Positions 9,767 to 18,843 of a DNA stretch of 64,000 bases are shown here, one piece after another. Both the position numbers and the translations under genes were made by a program. The DNA lies in contig JABJNB010000005.1 in the NCBI GenBank assembly GCA_018659145.1, positions 14,039 to 78,038 on the forward strand, read 5' to 3'. Source of the stretch: Rickettsiales bacterium. Its GTDB lineage: Bacteria > Pseudomonadota > Alphaproteobacteria > Rickettsiales > JABIRX01. The first letter of the stretch is position 1, and the number at the start of each line of letters is the position of its first letter. The notes under the pieces are model-generated. The model made no database searches, was not told the DNA's origin, and saw only the letters and a list, made by a program, of their open reading frames with translations.

Positions 9767-11358
9767 TACCTAACCGGGCCCACTACTTGTATGTTGATTG
9801 GTAGACTCTCTACAGTACTCTCAAAGCTAATAGTGTCTGGTAACTCCGAATGATCTATATCATACTTAGGAAAACCAGTCTTAATAGATCTAAGAAATGC
9901 ATCATATGCTGAGAAAACCTCTTCAAATGACAGACCTTCAGATTTAAAATGCGCCGAGATTACAAGCTTCATTTGCGTTTCTTTATATACCTCCCAATCA
10001 ATATCAGACATAATAATGTTGCTAGGCAGAAAATTATAAAATTCAAATATCATCTTTATTGGATCTTGAGCATCATTCATTAATTTCTTATGCAGAAAAG
10101 CTACATCAATCACCTTATCTTCATCAATATCAAAACCAAATTTTTTCTCCCTAATTGTTTCTAACTGACCCGCATATCTATTCTTATCAGCAACATTAAA
10201 CTTTATCGAGTCCTTCATTAAGGATATTCTATAAAGAGGTAATACCGCTAAAGCTGCCGTTATCACAAGCATACTAGCTAAGCAGACAGTAGCAATAATA
10301 TTATTATCTAGTAATGAAGATGCCGACTTTAGTTTTGGTGTAATAAATCCATTATATAATCCACTACTGACAAAGTAATTTATAAATAACTTATCCGGCT
10401 CAGCATCATAATCTAGGTTTTTATGATCACGAAATTTTAATTCTCCAAATAACTGTAAATTAATATAAACAAAATTATAATTTGGTAGATCAAATTTTTG
10501 AAAGAATGCATTGAATTTATTATCAACAAAAAGATAAATATTAATGCCATCTTGCTCCTTAAAATCCAGCCGCTTTAAATACTCTATCGTGCCTATCATC
10601 TCATTTTTAATTACCTCCACCCTCTCTTCTATGAACGGACCTTCCTCAAAACTATAATGTAGCAAACGTGTAAAGACTAAATCACCATCTTTAATAATCG
10701 TGAATCTAATACCACTAGTCTCACTTTGAAAAACATAAAATGTCCATTTAGATGCACCCTTCTCTTCTTGCGGAACTTTATCTTTAACCTTAAAATTAAC
10801 TTTCGTTTTTTTGACAACCTTACTGTCTGGATTAATACCCGACTCCTGCTCTGCTAAAAACTTAACTATATCACATTCAATAGCTTGTAGCTCAACCGGA
10901 AAGGAATATATAGCGCGTATAATATTGGGCATATTATCTAAAAAAGATAACCACTCTTTCAATGGAGAAACAGTTGGAATCTTAACTAAAATACAATCTG
11001 TACTTTTTTTCTTACCATTATTATTAGAAACTTTATAATAGCCCTTTATGACATTCTCCCCACCCTTTTTTGGAGCAACTTTACGACTTATTAATTTGCT
11101 GAATAAAAAAGGATTAGATGTTGGTATTGATATTGCTTCAAAAGATTGCTCTGAAACATTTAACACTATATAAATCGGTAATTTTTGATATTTTAATAAC
11201 AAAGCTGCCAATTCTTTCATTTGAGCTTTATCACTAATATCAGCAATTTTAATATCCTCAATAATAGCTGATTTATGATAAATCAAAACCTTAGCAAAAT
11301 TATCGCCTAAGAGGATAACGATCTTTTTGAATGTTAATTTATGCAAAAAAATATTCAT
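9766..11358 (-). CDS. bitopic PilM+PilN / GspL-like assembly protein (tentative)
   Basis: 530 aa. It has a soluble N-terminal part of about 350 aa, a single TM segment IIATVCLASMLVITAALAVLPLY, and a C-terminal domain of about 150 aa. This architecture matches GspL or fused PilM-PilN. It sits directly after the platform gene. Confidence 0.4.
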   Translation of the reverse strand: MNIFLHKLTFKKIVILLGDNFAKVLIYHKSAIIEDIKIADISDKAQMKELAALLLKYQKLPIYIVLNVSEQSFEAISIPTSNPFLFSKLISRKVAPKKGGENVIKGYYKVSNNNGKKKSTDCILVKIPTVSPLKEWLSFLDNMPNIIRAIYSFPVELQAIECDIVKFLAEQESGINPDSKVVKKTKVNFKVKDKVPQEEKGASKWTFYVFQSETSGIRFTIIKDGDLVFTRLLHYSFEEGPFIEERVEVIKNEMIGTIEYLKRLDFKEQDGINIYLFVDNKFNAFFQKFDLPNYNFVYINLQLFGELKFRDHKNLDYDAEPDKLFINYFVSSGLYNGFITPKLKSASSLLDNNIIATVCLASMLVITAALAVLPLYRISLMKDSIKFNVADKNRYAGQLETIREKKFGFDIDEDKVIDVAFLHKKLMNDAQDPIKMIFEFYNFLPSNIIMSDIDWEVYKETQMKLVISAHFKSEGLSFEEVFSAYDAFLRSIKTGFPKYDIDHSELPDTISFESTVESLPINIQVVGPVR

Positions 11359-11359
11359 G

Positions 11360-12559
11360 TTACTTTATCGTACTAAAACTAGAATAAAGTGGGCCAAATA
11401 CTGATAATGATATCCACAACAACAACCCTCCCATCACCAAAGTCAGCACAGGTTGAATTAAGCCAATTAATGAGTCCACTGCATCATTTACTTCCTTATC
11501 ATAAAAAAATTTAATATTTTCCAATGATTCAGTCATATTTCCCGTTTGCTCGCCAACCCTAAACATACGCACAACCAAGCTTGGGAATTGATTTGACTTT
11601 TTTAAAGCTAAACTCATTGTCGAGCCATCCGATATTTCTTGTGTAATTTCTGCTAAAGTTCTTTTAACCACCCTATTTTTCACAACTTTTTCTACTACCT
11701 GTAAACAAGCTATAATATCAATTCCACTTTTATAAGTAATTAGAAAGAACTGTGTGAATCGCGCTATATCAATTTTTAGTAATGCCTTACCAATAAACGG
11801 AATATTGAGTATTAGTTTATCTGTATAATAAGCATAAGATTCTACAAAAAATTTCAATAGCTTATGCAAGAAAACAGTAACACCTGGGATAATTATCATC
11901 AAAGCCCAATTTTGCTTGAAAAATTCCGAGGAGGCTATCAATGCCTTGGTATAAAATGGTAAATCAAAATTCTGATTTAGTAAAAAATCTGATAATTTCG
12001 GTATAACAAAAAGCATCATAATTGCTGTTACAGCAAATAACACAACTAATAAGAAAATTGGATATTTTACAGCCTTTTTAGTCTTACGCTTAATATCATC
12101 CGCCCATTTTAGATGGTCTGACAAATAAGCAAATGACTGATGCAATTTACCAGTTTTTTCTCCCGCAGCTATTAGACCTATAAATACTTCGTCAAAAGTT
12201 TTAGGATGGTTTGACATAGCTTGTGATAACATCTTACCAGATTTAACATCATCATAAATATCTTGAACTAGGTTACGCATGACATTACCTGATGCCGAAT
12301 CTATCAAATCTTCAATTGATTCAATAATTGGCACCCCGGCCTTATCCAACTGTTCAAAATGTGTGCATATCAAAATCAAATCTTTGACAGAAATTGTTTT
12401 AGTGAAATTAAAAAATGAGGAGGATGACTCACTTGCAGTAATAAGCTCCAAACCTATATCAGATAGTTTATACTGCAGGTCAGATAATCCACTAGCATTC
12501 ATACTACCCTTAAACTGCTTGCCTTGCTCTGAAACTGCTATGTAGCTATAATTTGCCAT
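11360..12559 (-). CDS. type IV pilus / type II secretion platform protein (PilC/GspF family)
   Basis: 399 aa. It has the duplicated GspF-type repeat with AAGEKTGKL and RVGEQTGNM motifs and three hydrophobic segments. Its ATG overlaps the ATPase stop codon (TAATG). Confidence 0.8.
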   Translation of the reverse strand: MANYSYIAVSEQGKQFKGSMNASGLSDLQYKLSDIGLELITASESSSSFFNFTKTISVKDLILICTHFEQLDKAGVPIIESIEDLIDSASGNVMRNLVQDIYDDVKSGKMLSQAMSNHPKTFDEVFIGLIAAGEKTGKLHQSFAYLSDHLKWADDIKRKTKKAVKYPIFLLVVLFAVTAIMMLFVIPKLSDFLLNQNFDLPFYTKALIASSEFFKQNWALMIIIPGVTVFLHKLLKFFVESYAYYTDKLILNIPFIGKALLKIDIARFTQFFLITYKSGIDIIACLQVVEKVVKNRVVKRTLAEITQEISDGSTMSLALKKSNQFPSLVVRMFRVGEQTGNMTESLENIKFFYDKEVNDAVDSLIGLIQPVLTLVMGGLLLWISLSVFGPLYSSFSTIK

Positions 12560-14367
12560 TAAAGCCTCTCTGTCATATCAACCGAGCGAACCAATTCTGG
12601 AATTGAGATCACGCCTTCTATAACTTTATTTATTCCATCCCGGTCCATAGCTATAAAACCTTCGCTGATAGCTTGATCATAGATTTCATTGGTTGTTTTA
12701 TTCAAAGAGATCATTTCACTAATTTTTCTTGATACAACAAAAATTTCTGACGCAACTATACGGCCTTTATAACCCGTATTCATACAAGACTTACAAGATG
12801 AAGCTTTGAAAATCTGCGTAGGTTTATCTATCTCCAAGATCCTACACTCTTCTTCTGTTGCCATATACCCGACCTTACATTCAACACATAAACGCCTGAC
12901 TAATCTTTGCGCCACAGCGCATACTAATGAACCAGCTAATAAGAATGGTTTAATTCCAACATCTATTAACCTTGGCACAACACTAATTGCATCATTTGTA
13001 TGCAGGGTTGTAAATACCTGGTGACCTGTCATAGCTGCCCTAAGTGCAATAGAAGCTGTTTCAGCATCTCTAACCTCACCCACAAATATAACATCTGGAT
13101 CTTGCCGCAATAATGATTTTATCCCATCAACAAAACCTATACTACCTTCCTTCACATTTGATTGACGAATTAAAGGCAGTTCATACTCAACTGGATCTTC
13201 CAATGTCATAATATTCTTATGAATATTGTTAATCATATTCAGCACTGAATATAAAGTGGTAGTTTTACCAGAACCCGTTGGACCAGTTACGATAATAATG
13301 CCATCTGGCTTTAAAAACATTTTCTTAAGCACATTAATATTATGCTGACTATAACCCAGTTTATCCAAACTCACTAATGAACGAGTTTTATCAAGAATAC
13401 GCATCACTATGTTTTCGCCATGAACTGTGAGCTGAGTAGCTACACGAAAATCAACCTCACGCCCCAATACAGTAGCCGCGGCATGCCCATCTTGTGACTT
13501 CCTACTCTCAGCAATATTCATACCCGACATAATTTTAATCCTAACAGCAACCGCAGCCCAGAACTCCTTATGAAAAGTTTTAATTTGCTGCATCCTTCCA
13601 TCAATTCGATAACGCACTCTAAGAAAATTTGCTTCTGGCTCAAAGTGAATATCAGAAGCCCCACAATGCACAGCATCAATTAAAAACGAGTCTACTAATC
13701 TAACCACAGGATTTCGAAAATCTTCTCCTGTAGATTCCGTTTCAATGCCTTGAGTATTATTTTCAATTTCTTTTAAAACGCCATCTATTGACATCTCATA
13801 TTCATAATATTGATCAACTATATCTAAAATATCAACTTCACTACAGAATATTGGATCAATGGTCATCCCTTGTGGAAAATATTTTTTAACCTTATCAATT
13901 GCAATCACATCAAAAACATCATGCACAGCAACAGAAACTACATTACCCTTTAATGCTACGGGCACTATTTTATATTTTAAGGCAACATCCTTCGGTAATT
14001 TCCGAACTAATTCACTATCTAAAACAACATTTTTAATATCAAATTTTTCAATTCCGGAAGTCTGGCTAATAGCCTCCCCCAAAACAGACTCAGTTATAAA
14101 CCCTAGCAACACAAGAACTTCTCCTATATTGCCTGCATTCATTCTCTTTTCTTCTTTTTTAGCCATCTCAAGCTGATCTTCTGATATACAACCTTTCTCT
14201 AACAAGGTTTTTCCCAATTCATCATCCGGCGACAAATTATCATCTAATACCTGTGAATCGTCTATAGAGTTACTTTCTAGTTCCTGCTTGACTTGAGATT
14301 GTAACTCTTGATTAGAGGCTATATCAGTATTTTTATTGATCTCGTCTTGTTTCATTAACTCATCCAT
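12559..14367 (-). CDS. type IV pilus / type II secretion assembly ATPase (PilB/GspE family)
   Basis: 602 aa. It has an N-terminal GSPII_E_N-like domain (LPKDVALKYKIVPVAL), Walker A GPTGSGKTTTLYS, Asp box LEDPVEY, Walker B IFVGEVRD, His box TGHQVFTTLHTN, and a tetra-Cys cluster CVECK...CKSC. Confidence 0.85.
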   Translation of the reverse strand: MDELMKQDEINKNTDIASNQELQSQVKQELESNSIDDSQVLDDNLSPDDELGKTLLEKGCISEDQLEMAKKEEKRMNAGNIGEVLVLLGFITESVLGEAISQTSGIEKFDIKNVVLDSELVRKLPKDVALKYKIVPVALKGNVVSVAVHDVFDVIAIDKVKKYFPQGMTIDPIFCSEVDILDIVDQYYEYEMSIDGVLKEIENNTQGIETESTGEDFRNPVVRLVDSFLIDAVHCGASDIHFEPEANFLRVRYRIDGRMQQIKTFHKEFWAAVAVRIKIMSGMNIAESRKSQDGHAAATVLGREVDFRVATQLTVHGENIVMRILDKTRSLVSLDKLGYSQHNINVLKKMFLKPDGIIIVTGPTGSGKTTTLYSVLNMINNIHKNIMTLEDPVEYELPLIRQSNVKEGSIGFVDGIKSLLRQDPDVIFVGEVRDAETASIALRAAMTGHQVFTTLHTNDAISVVPRLIDVGIKPFLLAGSLVCAVAQRLVRRLCVECKVGYMATEEECRILEIDKPTQIFKASSCKSCMNTGYKGRIVASEIFVVSRKISEMISLNKTTNEIYDQAISEGFIAMDRDGINKVIEGVISIPELVRSVDMTERL

Positions 14368-14414
14368 TTATTAAAATTATTTATCATGATTTATTACGAA
14401 TTATGACTACCTGC

Positions 14415-15155
14415 TTATTTCTCTAACGAGACTTGCATATAGCAATATATATTGCTATCAAACTTTCTATAAAAAAATAAATTATTTTCAACCATCCGTA
14501 CACATAACTGCTGGCCTAGGCCCCCATATTCTAAACTACCCATATCAGCTATGACACTACCTGACATCGGGATCCCATCATCAATTTTGTAATCAACATA
14601 ATGACTATCCTTTGGAGATAAGATACTATCTAAAATATTACCCTGACTTCTAGCCTTTGCAAATCTAACAAAATTCTTACCTAAATGCTCAATATTATAA
14701 TTAATTATATGTAGCTTCGTATCACCCAAAAGCTGAATATCACTATCAATAAACTTACTGCGCGCTACATTGACTCTAGTCTTAGCATAGGAATAAACCA
14801 TACCCCCTTCTATTCCCCAGAAATAAAGACCACTAAACGTCAAATGATTAAAGGCTAAAAAACCTTCGGCAATATTACCAATATACTCATCTCCATTACC
14901 ATCGCAGCCAAGATTATATAAAATTAATAATTTTTGACATTCCACCTGCCATAATTTATTGGCATAAGGGAAGTCTCCCGGTAGAAAATTATTCTGATCT
15001 TTAAAAGTCAAAATCTTCGCCTTGATATCCTGAACTTCAAATAGGAAGTTTTTTAACTGAGAATTATAAACTAAATTTTGACCAAGTAATGTAGAGCAAA
15101 TAATTAAACTGATGATCACAAGCGAAATGGCAAGTTCTAACAACGAACTATTCAT
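14415..15155 (-). CDS. type IV pilin-like protein with a non-canonical class III signal
   Basis: From the ATG at 15155 the protein starts MN-SSLLELAISLVIISLIICS. This has the conserved Glu at position +5 and a hydrophobic alpha1-N helix, but Asn rather than Gly at -1. A C-terminal Cys...Cys loop (LCVRMVENNLFFYRKFDSNIYC) resembles a pilin D-region. The ORF-track start at 15191 is a TTG. Confidence 0.6.
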   Translation of the reverse strand: MNSSLLELAISLVIISLIICSTLLGQNLVYNSQLKNFLFEVQDIKAKILTFKDQNNFLPGDFPYANKLWQVECQKLLILYNLGCDGNGDEYIGNIAEGFLAFNHLTFSGLYFWGIEGGMVYSYAKTRVNVARSKFIDSDIQLLGDTKLHIINYNIEHLGKNFVRFAKARSQGNILDSILSPKDSHYVDYKIDDGIPMSGSVIADMGSLEYGGLGQQLCVRMVENNLFFYRKFDSNIYCYMQVSLEK

Positions 15156-15178
15156 ACGAACATTCTTTAAGTAGAAAT

Positions 15179-15721
15179 ATGCAAAAATCAAACAAATTTA
15201 TTACATCCTCTCTAATTATTTTACTACTGAGCACAGCTATCTATAAATTTTCTAAAATAACTAGCTCCAACACATCATCCCATGGAAAGCAAAGCAAAGT
15301 TAATCTCAAAATATCCGGATATGCCAAAATAATTGATGGAGACTCAATAATTGTCGATAATTATGAAATAAGACTAAAAGCTATTGATGCGCCAGAATTT
15401 TATCAAAACTGCCAAAACTCAAAACAAGAAACTTATCCTTGTGGTAGAAAGGCTATGCAATATCTGGAAAATTTAACCGCAAATAAAAAAGTAACCTGCC
15501 AAAGTTATGCCACAGACATTTATGATAGATATCTATCCTCATGCTATGTCGGTAATATCGATATAGCCATAGATATGCTCGAACATGGCTGGGCAGTAAT
15601 ATACCGCATGCCTTCACCACTATACAAACATCAAGAACAGGCAAGAATAAGCAAGCTAGGCCTATGGCAAGGAGAGTTCACCTACCCACAGATATGGCGG
15701 AAGCTGAATAAGAGAAAATGA
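15179..15721 (+). CDS. membrane-anchored or secreted thermonuclease (staphylococcal nuclease, SNase fold)
   Basis: 180 aa. It has an N-terminal hydrophobic anchor SSLIILLLSTAIY and SNase motifs IIDGDSIIVDNYEIRLKAIDAPE, DRYLSSCYV, LEHGWAVIY and ARISKLGLWQG. Confidence 0.75.
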   Translation: MQKSNKFITSSLIILLLSTAIYKFSKITSSNTSSHGKQSKVNLKISGYAKIIDGDSIIVDNYEIRLKAIDAPEFYQNCQNSKQETYPCGRKAMQYLENLTANKKVTCQSYATDIYDRYLSSCYVGNIDIAIDMLEHGWAVIYRMPSPLYKHQEQARISKLGLWQGEFTYPQIWRKLNKRK

Positions 15722-15727
15722 TATCTC

Positions 15728-15872
15728 GTAGGGGGAAGTAAGAACATGCTGTGTCGCAATATAATTGCGACAGAGTTTTTCGATAAAGAGTTTGTAATTA
15801 TATTATGACACAGTCTGCAAGAGTAGAAGGCAAGATAACACCAGTCCAGCCGTGAATGCTTACTTACCCCTC
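15728..15872. repeat. family A-like palindromic element interrupted by a family B mini-element
   Basis: The outer inverted ends are gtagggggaagtaag / cttacttacccctc. Removing the inner 73-bp element (15745..15817) leaves 72 bp, the unit length of family A. Confidence 0.5.
15745..15817. repeat. family B MITE-like element, internally deleted copy B4
   Basis: The sequence is catgctgtgtcgcaatataatt...taattatattatgacacagtctg. Both termini match the 22-bp TIR of copy B1 (caggttgtgtcgcaatataatt) with a few mismatches. Confidence 0.65.
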
Positions 15873-15948
15873 GAGAGGAAGCCGGACTCCTGTGAAGCCC
15901 AAAGGGCGAAGACGGATCCGGGAGGGGTAGATTCGATCAGGTAAAAAA

Positions 15949-16530
15949 CTATTTAACCCAACGCTTAATTCCATCATCATGAATAGAGAGCAAATCAAGC
16001 GCCCGAGCAACAGAATAATCAACTAGGTCATCGATTGCTTTTGGCTTAGTATAAAAAGCTGGAACTGGCGGCATTATAATAGCACCAGCGAGTGTTGCCT
16101 TTTGCATATTATCAATATGTATCAAATTAAAAGGTGTTTCCCGGAGCATTAATACCAACTTACGCCTTTCTTTTAACATCACATCCGCAGCACGGCTTAG
16201 CAGATTATTACAATTACCAGTAGCAATAGATGCTAAAGTTTTTACCGAACATGGCGCAATAATCATGCCATCAGTGATAAAAGAACCGCTAGCTATTGTA
16301 CTAGCTATATCATTTGCATTATAATGAAAATCAGATAACTCTATAACATCACGAATTTTATAATCGGTTTCCAAATCAAGAGTAATATTAGCAGATTTAG
16401 TGATAACTAAATGAGTTTTGACATTAGGCACTGCTTTGAGCTTTTCAAGCAGCCTAATACCATAAATACTACCCGAAGCCCCAGAGATACCTATAATAAT
16501 ATTTTTCTCTAAACCTCCAGAATTAAGCAT
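15949..16530 (-). CDS. ubiX: flavin prenyltransferase UbiX
   Basis: 193 aa. IIGISGASGSIYGIRLLEKL, APCSVKTLASIATG and LLSRAADVMLKERRKLVL are typical of UbiX/Pad1. Confidence 0.85.
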   Translation of the reverse strand: MLNSGGLEKNIIIGISGASGSIYGIRLLEKLKAVPNVKTHLVITKSANITLDLETDYKIRDVIELSDFHYNANDIASTIASGSFITDGMIIAPCSVKTLASIATGNCNNLLSRAADVMLKERRKLVLMLRETPFNLIHIDNMQKATLAGAIIMPPVPAFYTKPKAIDDLVDYSVARALDLLSIHDDGIKRWVK

Positions 16531-16532
16531 AA

Positions 16533-16844
16533 TTAAGCGACATTTTCTAATATGTCTTCTGCTGGGATTTCAGTCTCAACTTCACCATTCATACCAATCG
16601 CTTTTTTATAGATTTCAACCATAGACTCTAATTCAAAAAGATCATTACTATCTAACTTTCGTAATTTTAATACTTCACGAATAATTTTTACATCAAAACC
16701 AATCGACTTAGCTTCTTGCATTACATCCTTGATATCATCAGCTATCGCCTTTTTATCCTCTTCTAAACGCTCTACTTTTTCGATAATTTGTTTTAATGTT
16801 GTGCCATCGACACCACCGACCATACTTGTCATAATAAACCTCAT
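16533..16844 (-). CDS. gapR: GapR / DUF2312 (UPF0335) nucleoid-associated protein
   Basis: 103 aa. LKQIIEKVERLEEDKKAIADDIKDVMQEAKSIGFDVKIIREVLKLRK is the conserved DUF2312 core, a family restricted largely to Alphaproteobacteria. Confidence 0.7.
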   Translation of the reverse strand: MRFIMTSMVGGVDGTTLKQIIEKVERLEEDKKAIADDIKDVMQEAKSIGFDVKIIREVLKLRKLDSNDLFELESMVEIYKKAIGMNGEVETEIPAEDILENVA

Positions 16845-16990
16845 AATTAAAAAAACTTTAAATAGCTGATTTCTTGAAAAATACCATCAAAATTAAGATG
16901 TTTTAATTTTTTCCTTTAAAACAAGCCAAATTACTATAGAAGATTTTATCCCTGAATTACAGGATGCAAGTGAACATACTATGAAATAAT

Positions 16991-18136
16991 ATGAAGATTT
17001 TTATTATTGCGGGCGAATCCTCCGGTGATTTATTGGGCGCAAAATTAGTTAAAGAATTAAATAAACGCTTTAAATCATTAAAAATAACTGGAGTTGGTGG
17101 TGAGCAATTGATTAATGCTGGCTTAGAACCTATTTTTAACCTTAAAGATATTTCGGTAAATGGCTTAATTGAAGTAATTCCACATATCCCTAGATTGCTT
17201 TCGCGAATAAATGCATCTGTGGATGCTATTATTAATTTCCAGCCAGACCTTATTATTACCATAGATGCGCCTGATTTTAACTTCAGAGTAATAAAAAAAT
17301 TAAAACAAAGAGCTCCTAATCTAAATAGTAAGATTGTACATTACGTCGCTCCTACCGTTTGGGCTTACCGAAAGAAACGAGCTAAAAAAATTGCACAACT
17401 ATATGATTTATTGCTCGTTATATTGCCATTTGAACCACCCTATTTTGAAGATCATGGACTAAAAACTAATTTTATTGGTCATCCAATTTTCTCCGATTTC
17501 CAGCCAAAGGAAGTCACTAGAAAGAGTAATAATGTCATCATCACTCCCGGCAGCAGAAGATCTGAGATTTTGCGATTTAAATCAATGCTCAAAGAACTTA
17601 TCTACTTAATCAAATCAAATTTTGGAACCAAATTTAACCTCCATCTTTTTGTAACGCAAGAAACAAAAGACCTAATTTACAGCATATATGAGCAGGAGAT
17701 CAAAAAATCTGAGGTCAATATAGTAATTAAAAATACTAAAAAAGCAGAGATTTTAGATGACTGTTATCTAGCTATTTTAAAATCAGGAACAAATACTATG
17801 GAGTTAGCCAACGAATCTATAGCAATGATAATATTTTATAGATTTAGTACCCTAACTTACTTTATCGCAACCAAGATATTACGTGTAAAATCTCGTTATG
17901 CAAACTTACTTAACTACCAAGCTAATCACGCAATCATCCCCGAATACCTACATGCCCGCTGCAAAGCTGATCTAATTTATCAAGAATTTCGTAATTATTA
18001 TTATCATAAAGAAAAAAGATATGATCAAATTGCAGCTTATAGCAAAATAATCAGTAAATTTAAGAACCCTGATCAAATTTCTCCAGAGACTAAAGCCGTA
18101 AACGCTATAGAAGAGTTATTTAATAAAAAAGTGTAA
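16991..18136 (+). CDS. lpxB: lipid-A-disaccharide synthase
   Basis: 381 aa. MKIFIIAGESSGDLLGAKL, PDLIITIDAPDFNFRV and HYVAPTVWAYRKKRAKK match LpxB signature blocks. Confidence 0.8.
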   Translation: MKIFIIAGESSGDLLGAKLVKELNKRFKSLKITGVGGEQLINAGLEPIFNLKDISVNGLIEVIPHIPRLLSRINASVDAIINFQPDLIITIDAPDFNFRVIKKLKQRAPNLNSKIVHYVAPTVWAYRKKRAKKIAQLYDLLLVILPFEPPYFEDHGLKTNFIGHPIFSDFQPKEVTRKSNNVIITPGSRRSEILRFKSMLKELIYLIKSNFGTKFNLHLFVTQETKDLIYSIYEQEIKKSEVNIVIKNTKKAEILDDCYLAILKSGTNTMELANESIAMIIFYRFSTLTYFIATKILRVKSRYANLLNYQANHAIIPEYLHARCKADLIYQEFRNYYYHKEKRYDQIAAYSKIISKFKNPDQISPETKAVNAIEELFNKKV

Positions 18137-18173
18137 GGGCTGAGTACCACCGCCTACATTCCTTTAAAAACTT

Positions 18174-18229
18174 TGTAGGGGCGTTGTTCTCCCGCACTTG
18201 GTGGACCGAGCTCCATGCTTTCCTTTACC
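18174..18229. repeat. family A palindromic element, truncated or degenerate copy A3
   Basis: The 5' half, tgtaggggcgttgttctcccgcacttgg, matches the A consensus; the 3' terminus is eroded. A possible termini-only remnant, gtaagggc...gcctac, lies at 18133..18157. Confidence 0.45.
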
Positions 18230-18238
18230 TTATATAGA

Positions 18239-18358
18239 GGGCCTGTCTCAAATCAGAATTGCAAAGATTTTTATTCTTAAGATCTTGGATTCCTTGGTAG
18301 GATTTTTTTAATAGCCAAAGCTATTCAAAATAAATTATACAAAAATAATACATATTTT
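18239..18358. repeat. family C/B composite MITE-like element, 3'-degenerate copy C1
   Basis: gggcctgtctcaaatcagaattgcaaagatttttattcttaagatctt...atagccaaagctattc aligns with 55721..55815. The 3' end has decayed. Confidence 0.6.
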
Positions 18359-18403
18359 AAGAAGAAAAAAATTTGTGATTTTGATTCGAGCCAAGCCCAT
18401 ATT

Positions 18404-18835
18404 CTACCACAATGACAATCCTACCGCTCCCTGATTCTTTAAACTAAATACATTGCCAAATAATGTTTCATGACCAAATGGAATTGGTGGGTAATTAGTA
18501 CCAGGTAGCTTCGGCAACATACCAGCTTCATTTAAAGTACCAGTAGCATAGTGACGACAATAGATCATGGCAGCAGGCCATGCTTTTAAATACATTTTAT
18601 TTCCTGACTTAATCATGTCTAAATCTTTTTTATACTTATAAAAATAGCGATAATAATCTGTAGCAAACCCCGTTGCTAGACCGGACTCACATCCATCTAA
18701 CCAAGCAGATTGATAAACCGCAGGTCCATCTGGCATCATTTTGAATACCTTGGTATTTGGTGCAAAAATATTATGTTTTGTCAAATTGCAGCCTGTGATA
18801 AAAAATAATAATGTAATTAAAATAAATGTTCGCAT
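18404..18835 (-). CDS. lipoprotein, paralog P1 of the tandem 'DGC' family
   Basis: From the internal ATG at 18835 the protein starts MRTFILITLLFFITGC, which is a lipobox. It has the shared domain YQSAWLDGCESG...YLKAWPAAMIYC. Confidence 0.6.
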   Translation of the reverse strand: MRTFILITLLFFITGCNLTKHNIFAPNTKVFKMMPDGPAVYQSAWLDGCESGLATGFATDYYRYFYKYKKDLDMIKSGNKMYLKAWPAAMIYCRHYATGTLNEAGMLPKLPGTNYPPIPFGHETLFGNVFSLKNQGAVGLSLW

Positions 18836-18843
18836 ATATAACT

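Noticed and set aside
15156-15191. TTG start at 15191 for the pilin gene, giving a 12-residue extension MIFAYFYLKNVR
   Set aside because: The extension is hydrophobic rather than the short basic leader typical of prepilins. It would also make two divergent CDSs overlap at their 5' ends. The ATG at 15155 is preferred, but the longer form cannot be excluded without experimental data.
15873-15948. GC-rich stretch ggaagccggactcctgtgaagcccaaagggcgaagacggatccgggagggg downstream of the nested repeat; considered as an ncRNA or riboswitch
   Set aside because: It lies between two convergent gene ends, so it cannot be a 5' leader. It shows only short imperfect stems and is more likely further repeat debris.
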